Below are positions 45,272 to 53,093 of a stretch of DNA of 64,000 nt, one piece after another (positions within the stretch are counted from its first letter, which is position 1; the number at the start of each line of letters is the position of its first letter). Origin of the DNA: an uncultured Thermomicrobiales bacterium (GTDB lineage: Bacteria > Chloroflexota > Chloroflexia > Thermomicrobiales > UBA6265); the NCBI GenBank assembly GCA_902806335.1, contig CADCWG010000163.1, positions 2,110 through 66,109 of the forward strand, given 5' to 3'. Under the pieces are notes generated by a model, which saw nothing but the letters and a program-made list of their open reading frames with translations, searched no databases and was not told the DNA's origin. The translations under genes were made by a program, and so were the position numbers.

Positions 45272-46696
45272 TCAGGGACGTGGGACGGTCGCGGTCGCCA
45301 GGCGGATCACCTGGGTGGGCTCGGGCGCGCAGCAGGCGGCGGGCGCCGCGGCGTCGGCCGGTGCGGTGGCGGCCGTCCCACAGCAGGCGCCGCCGCGGTC
45401 GGCGAGGCCGGCGGTCGAGCAGACGCCCGTCTCCGGCAGGACCAGGCGGACCTCCCGCGCCGCCGCCCAGTCGCCCACGATCGCCGCCGCCACGGAGCGC
45501 GCCTGCTCGTAACCGGTCAGCAGCAGGAAGGTCGGCGCGCGGCCGTAGCTCTTGCTCCCGACCACGTAGAAGTTCGGCTCGGGGTGGGCGAGTTCGGCGG
45601 CGCCGTGGGGGCGGACCGTGCCGCAGCTGTGGACGTTGGGGTCGATCAGCGGCGCCAGCTCGACCGGGCTCTCGACGGCCGGGTCGAGGGCAAGGCGCAG
45701 CTCGCCGAGGATCGACAGGTCGGGCCGGAACCCGGTCGCGACGATCACCTCGTCGACGGGCCCGATGACGACGTCCCCCTCGCCGTGGACGGTGACGCCC
45801 TGGCCCGCTCGGCGGACGGCGGTGACCCTGACCCCGGCGGCGACCCGGACCACCTCGCGCTCGACCAGGGCGCGCACCCGCCGGCCGAGGGCGCCGCGCT
45901 CCGGGAGTTGGTCGGCCTCGCCGCCGCCGAAGAGCCCGCCGGTCAGCCCGCGGCGGGTGAGCCAGACGACCCGCGTCCCGGGCGCCGCCTCGGCCAGGTC
46001 GGCGAGGTCGAGGAGCGCGTTGAAGGCCGAGGCGCCGCTGCCGGCGACCAGCACCGTCCGGTCGGCGTAGCGCGCCCGGTCGGCACCGAGCACGTCGGGG
46101 ATGCCGTAGGCGATGCGCTCGGCGAGGGCGGCCTCGCCGAGCGCCGGCAGGCCGTCGGCCCCGAGCGGGTTCGGCGTCGTCCAGGTGCCGGAGGCGTCGA
46201 TCACCGCCTTCGCGAGGACGCGCGCCTCGCCGCCGTCCGCGTCCCGGACGGCGAGGACGAAGGGCGCCTCCTCGCGGCCCGCCGTCCTCATCTTGTCGAT
46301 GCCGCGTCGGGTGATGCCGGTCACGCGGGCGCCGAGGCGCAGGTGCGGTCGGACCGCCGGCAGGGCGGCGAGGGGGGCGAGGTACCGCTCGACCAGCTCG
46401 GTGCCCGTGGGGTACGCCTCCGGGTCGGGGGCCGCCCACCCGGCGTCGGCGAGGAGGGCGGTCGCCGCGGCGTCGGTGGCGTAGCGCCAGGGGGTGAACA
46501 ATCGGACGTGGCCCCAGGCGCGCACGCTGGCGGTGACGTCCGCGCTGGCCTCGAGCACGAGCGGCCGCTCGCCGCGGGCGAGCAGGTGGGCGGCGGCGGC
46601 GAGACCGACCGGACCGGCGCCGATCACCGCGACCGGGAGCGACGCGTCATCGGCATCGGTTCGGGGTCCGGCGGCGGCATGTGGAACGGGCGTCAT
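45272..46696 (-). CDS. FAD/NAD(P)-binding oxidoreductase (ArsO/CzcO-like flavoprotein) with Cys-rich C-terminal tail
   Basis: ATG at 46696 after GGAGG. VAVIGAGPVGLAAA and VLVAGSGASAFN dinucleotide folds, plus ATGFRPD. The tail reads GVCSTAGLADRGGACCGTAATAPADAAAPAACCAPEP. Confidence 0.8.
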   Translation of the reverse strand: MTPVPHAAAGPRTDADDASLPVAVIGAGPVGLAAAAHLLARGERPLVLEASADVTASVRAWGHVRLFTPWRYATDAAATALLADAGWAAPDPEAYPTGTELVERYLAPLAALPAVRPHLRLGARVTGITRRGIDKMRTAGREEAPFVLAVRDADGGEARVLAKAVIDASGTWTTPNPLGADGLPALGEAALAERIAYGIPDVLGADRARYADRTVLVAGSGASAFNALLDLADLAEAAPGTRVVWLTRRGLTGGLFGGGEADQLPERGALGRRVRALVEREVVRVAAGVRVTAVRRAGQGVTVHGEGDVVIGPVDEVIVATGFRPDLSILGELRLALDPAVESPVELAPLIDPNVHSCGTVRPHGAAELAHPEPNFYVVGSKSYGRAPTFLLLTGYEQARSVAAAIVGDWAAAREVRLVLPETGVCSTAGLADRGGACCGTAATAPADAAAPAACCAPEPTQVIRLATATVPRP

Positions 46697-46831
46697 GGTG
46701 GACCTCCGTGGGTGGGCGCCGGGCACGATGCCCGACCATTGAAGATCGACGATGTTCGATGCATCCCGGCGCGGTGGTTCGCTGCCTGTGCCGTCCCTCT
46801 CCTCCTCGGCTGGGTGGGCTGACGCGTCGGC

Positions 46832-47194
46832 CTAGACGTTGAGGATCCGGCGCGCGGCGTCCGGGAACTCCTCGAGGCAGGCGCGGTTGACCCGGTAGTG
46901 CATGTAGGTCCCGCGCCGCTCGGCGACCACGAAGCGGACGTCGCGCAGGATCTTCAGGTGGTGGGAGATCGTCGGCTGCCCGAGCGGGAAGTGGTCGACG
47001 ATGTCGCAGACGCAGACGGCGTCCTCGCTCTGGGCGAGCAGGTTGAGGATCCGGATCCGGGTCGGGTCGGCGAGCGCCTTGAACCAGCCGGCGTAGGCGG
47101 CGGCCTCGTCCTCCGCGAGCGCGGGGCCGGCCGCCGGCGGGCAGCAGCGGCCCCCGGTGGCTGCCTTCGGTCGCTCGAGCGTCGCGGTCGCCAT
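46832..47194 (-). CDS. arsR: ArsR/SmtB-family metalloregulator
   Basis: Internal ATG after AGGAGG. ALADPTRIRILNLL, CVCDIV and ISHHLKIL motifs. N-terminal GGRCCPPAAG. Confidence 0.85.
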   Translation of the reverse strand: MATATLERPKAATGGRCCPPAAGPALAEDEAAAYAGWFKALADPTRIRILNLLAQSEDAVCVCDIVDHFPLGQPTISHHLKILRDVRFVVAERRGTYMHYRVNRACLEEFPDAARRILNV

Positions 47195-47227
47195 CTCGCC
47201 CCTCCTGCGATCGTATCCTAGGCCCTG

Positions 47228-47245
47228 TATCGACATCCGTCAATA
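47228..47245. promoter_or_regulatory. imperfect inverted repeat upstream of arsR (operator candidate)
   Basis: TATCGAC-atcc-GTCAATA, 34-51 nt upstream of the arsR start. Confidence 0.4.
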
Positions 47246-47497
47246 TAGATCCCGTCCGGGCGTCGCCCGTCCCACCACCTTCGGTGAGACGAGCCGTCCC
47301 TGCCTCGGGAGACAGCGGTCCGGACGCGGGTAGGTCACTCCCGCGGACTCACCCCGCGCCCCCGATCGCGGCGGCGTCGGCCCCGCTCAGTCCGCGTGGG
47401 AGTCGTGGCCCGCGGTCGAGCCCACCGCCCGTGGGTGGCGGCTGTGCTGCGCCCCCGAGTTCCACGCTCGGTCCGCCGCTGGCCGTCCGCCCGAGCC

Positions 47498-47959
47498 CTA
47501 CCGCCCGGCTTCCGCGCACGGCCCCGCGCCGTCGGTGCGGCCGTCCGCCCCGCCCGGCAGGTCGGCGAAGGCGGCCGGGTCGGGAAGGGTGCCGTCGAGC
47601 CGCTCCCACCAGAAGTCGGTGATGTCGGGGCGGTACTTGTCGGGCACGAAGTGGCGGTAGGCCATCGTCTGCAGGCCGAGGTGCATCAGCTCGCGGCCGA
47701 AGGGCAGGTGGCGCAGGATGTTGGCGACGTGGAGGTGCCGCTCGTGCCCAAAGTTGGGGAGCTGGCCGGAGAGGAAGAGGGTGATCACGTTCTTATAGCG
47801 CCGCTCGACGGAGAGCGACGCCAGGCTGCGCTTCGGCTTGCCCCGGGCCGAGAACGCCCCACCCGTCGTCGCCGGCGCCCCCGCGGCGGTCGGCCCGTCG
47901 CCACGGTCGCTCGGGTCGGCCGCCGTGGGTGGGGTGGTCGCGGCGCGGTCGGTCGTCAC
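47498..47959 (-). CDS. hypothetical protein, last gene of the acr3 operon
   Basis: 153-aa ORF. The start overlaps the stop of the metallophosphoesterase gene by 4 nt. Core KNVITLFLSGQLPNFGHERHLHVANILRHLPFGRELMHLGLQT. No family recognised. Confidence 0.5.
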   Translation of the reverse strand: MTTDRAATTPPTAADPSDRGDGPTAAGAPATTGGAFSARGKPKRSLASLSVERRYKNVITLFLSGQLPNFGHERHLHVANILRHLPFGRELMHLGLQTMAYRHFVPDKYRPDITDFWWERLDGTLPDPAAFADLPGGADGRTDGAGPCAEAGR

Positions 47960-48690
47960 GGGCGGCCTCCGGTCTCGATGTCGCGGGCGAAGTGGTCGGG
48001 CAGGCCGTCGGCGGCCCGGATCGCGGCCGCCATCGGCGCGGGGTCGTAGGGGACGCGGCGGATCTCGACGGCGACCGGGGCACCCGGCCGGACGTCGAAC
48101 AGCGCCCAGGCGGCGCGCGGGTCGCCGTCCTTGGGCTTGCCGACGCTGCCGTCGTTGACCAGCAGGGTACCGGCCACCTCGCGGACCCAGGGGATGTGCG
48201 TGTGCCCGAAGACCAGGACGTCGCAGTCGGCGCCCGACGCGATGCGCTCCAGCGAGCGGGCGTCGCGGTCGGCGAAGAGGTACTCGTTCATCCGCCGCGG
48301 GCTGCCGTGGACCAGGCGGAAGCGGATCCCCTCGGCCTCGACGCGGATCTCGGGCGCGAGCGTCCGCAGGTAGGCCTTGCGGCCAGAGGTGGTCGCCTGG
48401 CGGCTCCAGAAGAGCGATGCCTGCCCACGGGCCTCCTCGGCGGCGTCCTTGTAGGCGCAGCCGCAGCTGTCGCGATCAAAGCCGACCCCGTCGTCGTAGT
48501 TGCCCGTCACCGTCGGGATGCCGCGGCCGCGGACGAGGTCGATCGTCTCGTTGGGGCAGGCGCCGTAGCCGACCAGGTCGCCGAGGCAGTAGACCGCGTC
48601 CGGCGCCGCGTTGTCGATCGCCGCCAGGACGGCCTCGGCCGCGGCGCGGTTGCCGTGGGGATCGCTGAAGACCGCGATGCGCGTCGCCAT
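47956..48690 (-). CDS. metallophosphoesterase (YfcE/MJ0936-like)
   Basis: IAVFSDPHGN, CLGDLVGYG, GNYD and VFGHTH motifs. Confidence 0.8.
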   Translation of the reverse strand: MATRIAVFSDPHGNRAAAEAVLAAIDNAAPDAVYCLGDLVGYGACPNETIDLVRGRGIPTVTGNYDDGVGFDRDSCGCAYKDAAEEARGQASLFWSRQATTSGRKAYLRTLAPEIRVEAEGIRFRLVHGSPRRMNEYLFADRDARSLERIASGADCDVLVFGHTHIPWVREVAGTLLVNDGSVGKPKDGDPRAAWALFDVRPGAPVAVEIRRVPYDPAPMAAAIRAADGLPDHFARDIETGGRP

Positions 48691-48749
48691 GGCCGATTCC
48701 TCTAAGGCGTCAGGCGTCAGGCGTCAGGCAGCGGGGTCCCCTGTTGGGC

Positions 48750-49895
48750 CTAGGTGAGGCGTTGGCCGGTGGTGCCGGTGGGCAGGACGATCGGGACGCC
48801 CGACGCGGCGTCCTCCGGGAAGAGCCGGCGCCGCAGCCAGAGCGAGACGTAGACCAGGGCGATCAGGGCCGGGACCTCGATCAGCGGACCGACCACGCCG
48901 GCGAGGGCTTCCCCGGAGGTGATCCCGAAGACCCCGATCGAGACGGCGATGGCGAGTTCGAAGTTGTTGCCGGCCGCGGTGAACGAGAGCGCCGCCGTCT
49001 CGGGGTAGCCGAAGCCGAGGCGCTTGGAGATGACGAAGGCGAGGAAGAACATCACGCCGAAGTAGATCAGCAGCGGCAGTGCGATCCGCAGCACGTCCAG
49101 CGGCAACTCGACGATGCGGTCGCCCTGCAGGGAGAACATCAGCACGATCGTGTAGAGCAGGCCGAGCAGCGCGGTTGGCCCAAGCCTCGGCATCAGCACG
49201 TTGTCGTACCAGTCGGCACCCCGCCGCGGCACGAGCGTCAGCCGAGTGAGGGCCCCGGCCGCGAGCGGGATCCCGAGGAAGATCAGCACGCTCCGGGCGA
49301 TCTCCCAGACGGAGACGTCAAGGGCCGTCCGCTCCGCGCCGAACCAGCCGGGGACCACGGTGAGGAAGAGCCAGCCCAGCAGGGAATACATCACGATCTG
49401 GAAGACGGAGTTGAGCGCGACCAGCACCGCCGCCGTGTCGCCGTCGCCCCGGGCCAGCATGTTCCAGATCAGGACCATCGCGATGCAGCGGGCGAGGCCG
49501 ATCAGGATCAGGCCGTTGCGGTAGGCCGGCTGGTCGGGCAGGAAGGCCCAGGCCAGCGCGGACATCACGACCGGCCCGAGCACCCAGTTGAAGACGATCG
49601 AGGCCGCGAACAGCCGGCCCTGGGCTCGGAACCGGCCGAGAGACTCGTAGCGCACCTTCGCGAGCACGGGGTACATCATCCAGAGGAGCCCGGCGGCGAT
49701 CGGCAGCGAGACGCCGGCGACCGTGACTCGGTCGAGCGCGTCGCCGATCCCGGGGAAGGCGCGTCCGAGACCCACACCCAGGGCCATCGCGGCAACGATC
49801 CAGAGCGGGAGGAAGCGGTCGATCACTGAGAGCCGCGGCGTCGGCTCGACCGCGGCGACGCCGAACCCGGTGGCGCGCTCGAAGGGGACGCTCAT
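48750..49895 (-). CDS. acr3: ACR3-family arsenite efflux permease
   Basis: LSVIDRFLPLWIVAAMALGVGLG and MMYPVLAKVRYE. About 10 TM helices. 381 aa. Confidence 0.9.
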   Translation of the reverse strand: MSVPFERATGFGVAAVEPTPRLSVIDRFLPLWIVAAMALGVGLGRAFPGIGDALDRVTVAGVSLPIAAGLLWMMYPVLAKVRYESLGRFRAQGRLFAASIVFNWVLGPVVMSALAWAFLPDQPAYRNGLILIGLARCIAMVLIWNMLARGDGDTAAVLVALNSVFQIVMYSLLGWLFLTVVPGWFGAERTALDVSVWEIARSVLIFLGIPLAAGALTRLTLVPRRGADWYDNVLMPRLGPTALLGLLYTIVLMFSLQGDRIVELPLDVLRIALPLLIYFGVMFFLAFVISKRLGFGYPETAALSFTAAGNNFELAIAVSIGVFGITSGEALAGVVGPLIEVPALIALVYVSLWLRRRLFPEDAASGVPIVLPTGTTGQRLT

Positions 49896-49963
49896 CGGGT
49901 ACGACCTCAGGCTCGGCGCCGAACAGGAGCGGTTTGGCCGCCCATCGGGCCGCCGGGAGAACT

Positions 49964-49983
49964 ATATCAATGCGCGTTGATAT
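49964..49983. promoter_or_regulatory. perfect 7-6-7 palindrome between arsR and acr3 (ArsR operator candidate)
   Basis: ATATCAA-tgcgcg-TTGATAT, 69 nt upstream of the acr3 start. Local AT-rich patch. Confidence 0.5.
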
Positions 49984-50040
49984 GCGCTAGCCCGGGTCGT
50001 AGCGGTGCCCCCCGCGACCGAGGCTTCGGGACGACCCGGG

Positions 50041-50472
50041 CTAGCAGCAGTCGTCGTCTTCGGCGGCGGCAAGTTGGGGGTCGGACGGGACGAACCGGCA
50101 GCGGTCGTTCGCCCCGCGGGCGGCTTCGGGCGGCAGCGGGACCGCATCGAGCAGACCGGCCAGCGGCGCCGTCATCGCGGCCCAGGCGTCGGGGTCGAGG
50201 GAGTAGTAGACCCACTGGGCGTCGCGTCGGGAGCGGACCAGCCCGGCCCCGCGGAGTTTGCCGAGGTGGTAGGAGACAAGCGGCTGCGGCAGCCCGAGCG
50301 CCTCGTTCAGGTCGCAGACGCAGGCCTCGGCTCGCGTCAGCGCGGTCAGGATCCGCAGCCGGTTCCGGTCGCTGAGGAACTTGAGGGTCGCGACGGCCGC
50401 GTCGAGGGTAGCGTCCTCGTCGACGGCGTCGGTCTGGGCGGTGTAGCTGGGGTTGGCGACCGCTGCTGCCAT
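50041..50472 (-). CDS. arsR: ArsR/SmtB-family metalloregulator with C-terminal CC
   Basis: Internal ATG at 50472. LSDRNRLRILTAL, CVCDL and VSYHLGKL motifs. The protein ends ...AAAEDDDCC. Confidence 0.85.
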   Translation of the reverse strand: MAAAVANPSYTAQTDAVDEDATLDAAVATLKFLSDRNRLRILTALTRAEACVCDLNEALGLPQPLVSYHLGKLRGAGLVRSRRDAQWVYYSLDPDAWAAMTAPLAGLLDAVPLPPEAARGANDRCRFVPSDPQLAAAEDDDCC

Positions 50473-50669
50473 GGCGTCCTCGGCTGGTGATCCGCGGGGG
50501 GGCCGTCCCCGTCCGTCGCCCATGATAGCGTTCGGCGAGGAGCGACCCGGTGACCGGGACGAGTGGGACCGGCGCGTACCGTCGGCCCGGGGCGATCACC
50601 GGTTCCCGGCCCGGGGCGATCCCAAGGTCTCCGAGGTCGCCCGGAACAGGGACCATCCGGACCGCGACG

Positions 50670-51525
50670 ATGCCTAGTCCCTCGACGCCGATCCTGGGAC
50701 GGCGCGCGGTTAAGCGCGACAGACTCCTAACGCGGATCGAGGGTGTCCTCCGCGACGATGGCCGGGTGGCGGCGGCCTGGCTCGTCGGGTCGCTCGGCCT
50801 GGGGACGACGGACGCCCTGAGCGATCTCGACCTCTGGGTGGTCCTGGCGGACGAGCACCGGGAGGCGGCGGTGACGCCCACCGCGCGGCACGCGCTCGTG
50901 GCGGCCGTCAGGACCCCGCAGCTGGCGGTGGAGGCACTCCGGAACGCGCCGGAGGCCGGCGGCTACCTTCTCACGCTCTACCCCGGCGAGACGGGCGCGT
51001 GCCGGGTGGACTGGCACTGGCAGCCCCGCGCGGCGGCCCGGTTCCCCGTGGCGGGTCGGCTGCTCGTCGGCCGGGTCGGGATCCCGCCGGTCCCGGCCCC
51101 GACCCCGACCCCGCTCTCCGACCGGGAGCGGGCGGAGGTGGTGATCGAGAAGGTGGCGCTGTTCTGGGTTGCCACGGCGCTCACCGCCAGGGCCGTGGCC
51201 CGGCGGCGGCTGTGGGACGCTGGCCGCATGATCGGCTGGGCGATCGATCCCCTGGACGAGGCGGCCTGGTCCCCCGAGACGTCGATGCCGGCGGGGCACG
51301 ACGACCTCAGAGACCGACCGCGCCCCTCTCCGCCCACCGCGCCGAGGGATCGGCTGGCGCTGGTGCGCGGTCGCCAAGACGATGGAGGCCCGCCACGCCG
51401 CGGTCGCGGCGCTCGGCGGGGCGGTTCCGATCGCCGCCGTCGTGCGGGTGTACCGGTTCCTCGACCTGGTCGAAGACCTGGTCAGCGACCAGGCCGCAGG
51501 GGTGGCCGGCGAGGCGGACAGGTAG
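50670..51525 (+). pseudogene. nucleotidyltransferase-domain protein with an apparent +1 frameshift near 51300-51370
   Basis: GSLGLGTTDALSDLDLWVV NTase motif in the frame of ORF 50550..51542. After about 51300 that frame turns R/G-rich with poor GC3. The +1 frame reads AKTMEARHAAVAALGGAVPIAAVVRVYRFLDLVEDL... with near-100% GC3 and stops at 51523-51525. Confidence 0.5.
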
Positions 51526-51598
51526 CGCGCCGGGTGCGGTGACGGGGCTTGGCCTCCCGGTCCACCGACCGCCGACCCGGACAGGAGGCACGTCGACC

Positions 51599-52852
51599 AT
51601 GCCGCGCCACGTCGCCGGGCTCTGGCGGCATCCCGACTTCCTCCGGCTGTGGGCGGGGCAGACCGTCTCGCTGCTGGGGTCGGAGGTCACCGCCCTGGCG
51701 ATCCCACTTCTGGCGGCGCTCACCCTCGACGCCTCGGCGACCGAGATGGGGGTGCTCTCCGCGGCGGGCGCCGCGCCGGCCCTGCTGGTCGGGTTGTTCG
51801 CGGGGGTGTGGGTCGACCGCGCGCGACGCCGCCCGATCCTCGTCGGGACCGACGTCGGGCGGGCGGCGGTCCTCGCGACCGTCCCCGTGGCGGCGCTGAC
51901 GACCGGGCTGAGCGTGCCCTACCTCTGCGTCGTCGCCTTCCTCTCGGGGCTTCTGACGACGTTCTTCGACATCGCCCACGCGTCGCTGCTGCCGTCGCTG
52001 GTCCGACGCGAGCAGCTGGTCGAGGGCAACAGTAAGCTCGAGGTCAGCCGCTCGGGGGCGCTGGTCGCCGGGCCGGGGCTGGCCGGCATCCTCGTCCAGG
52101 TCGCGTCCGCCCCCGTCGCGATCCTCGTCGACGCCGCCTCGTTCCTCGTCTCGGGCGTCCTGATCGCCCGCATCCGGACCCCGGAGCGGTCGCCCGCGGG
52201 GGCCGGGACGCGGCGCGGACTCTGGGCCGAGGCCCGGGAGGGGATCGGCGTGGTCCTCGGCGACCCGATGCTTTCCGCGATGGCGACGTCGCTCAGCCTG
52301 TTCAACCTGTCCGCGGGTGCCTTCGGCGCGGTCTACGTCCTGTTCGTGACGCGCGAGCTGGGCCTCTCGCCGGCGGGACTCGGGCTCGTGTTCGCCGCGG
52401 GCAGCGCGGCCTTCCCCGTCGGGGCGGCGGCCGCGGGCTGGGCCGGGCGGCGCTTCGGCGTCGGCCCGTCGATCGTCTGGGGGGCGGGCATCAGCGACGC
52501 GGCGTTCCTGCTGGCCCCGCTGGCGGGCGGACCGTTCGCCGTGACCGTGGGGCTGCTGGTCGCCTCGCGGTTGGTCGCCACGCTGACCGGGCCGGTCACC
52601 GCGATCAACCAGCTCAGCCTGCGCCAGGTGATCACGGCCGACCGGCTCCTGGGGCGCGTCAACGGCACGATGCGGGTCTTCGCGCTGGGGACCGCCCCGG
52701 TTGGGGCCCTGCTCGGCGGGGCGCTGGGCGACGCGGTCGGCCTGCGCCCGGCGCTGCTCGTCGCCGCGCTGGGCATCCAGCTCGGGTTCGCCCGCCTCTA
52801 CTTCTCCCCGGTGCGGTCCCTGCGTGAGGTACCCGACTCGCCGGCCGGGTGA
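51599..52852 (+). CDS. MFS transporter (EntS/MFS_3-like)
   Basis: ATG after AGGAGG within ORF 50999..52852. FLRLWAGQTVSLLGSEV. About 12 TM helices. Confidence 0.85.
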   Translation: MPRHVAGLWRHPDFLRLWAGQTVSLLGSEVTALAIPLLAALTLDASATEMGVLSAAGAAPALLVGLFAGVWVDRARRRPILVGTDVGRAAVLATVPVAALTTGLSVPYLCVVAFLSGLLTTFFDIAHASLLPSLVRREQLVEGNSKLEVSRSGALVAGPGLAGILVQVASAPVAILVDAASFLVSGVLIARIRTPERSPAGAGTRRGLWAEAREGIGVVLGDPMLSAMATSLSLFNLSAGAFGAVYVLFVTRELGLSPAGLGLVFAAGSAAFPVGAAAAGWAGRRFGVGPSIVWGAGISDAAFLLAPLAGGPFAVTVGLLVASRLVATLTGPVTAINQLSLRQVITADRLLGRVNGTMRVFALGTAPVGALLGGALGDAVGLRPALLVAALGIQLGFARLYFSPVRSLREVPDSPAG

Positions 52853-53093
52853 CGCAAGCGGTTTCCCCGTGGGGCAGTCTCCGGCGCCGGACGCCGTGCC
52901 GTGGGGCATCGGGCAGAAGGCCCGTCTGGGGACGGCGGCGTCCGAAGACCGGCCGTCCGTGGGCGCGAGCGCGCCGTCCGTCGCCGTCGCGGCGAGGTGC
53001 CGGGACGCGCCGACGGCATCAACACCACGCTCGGGTCGGAGCCACGCTCCCTGCTGCTCCCGTCCGGCTCGCCGTCCCAAGCGCCGGTGGTCG

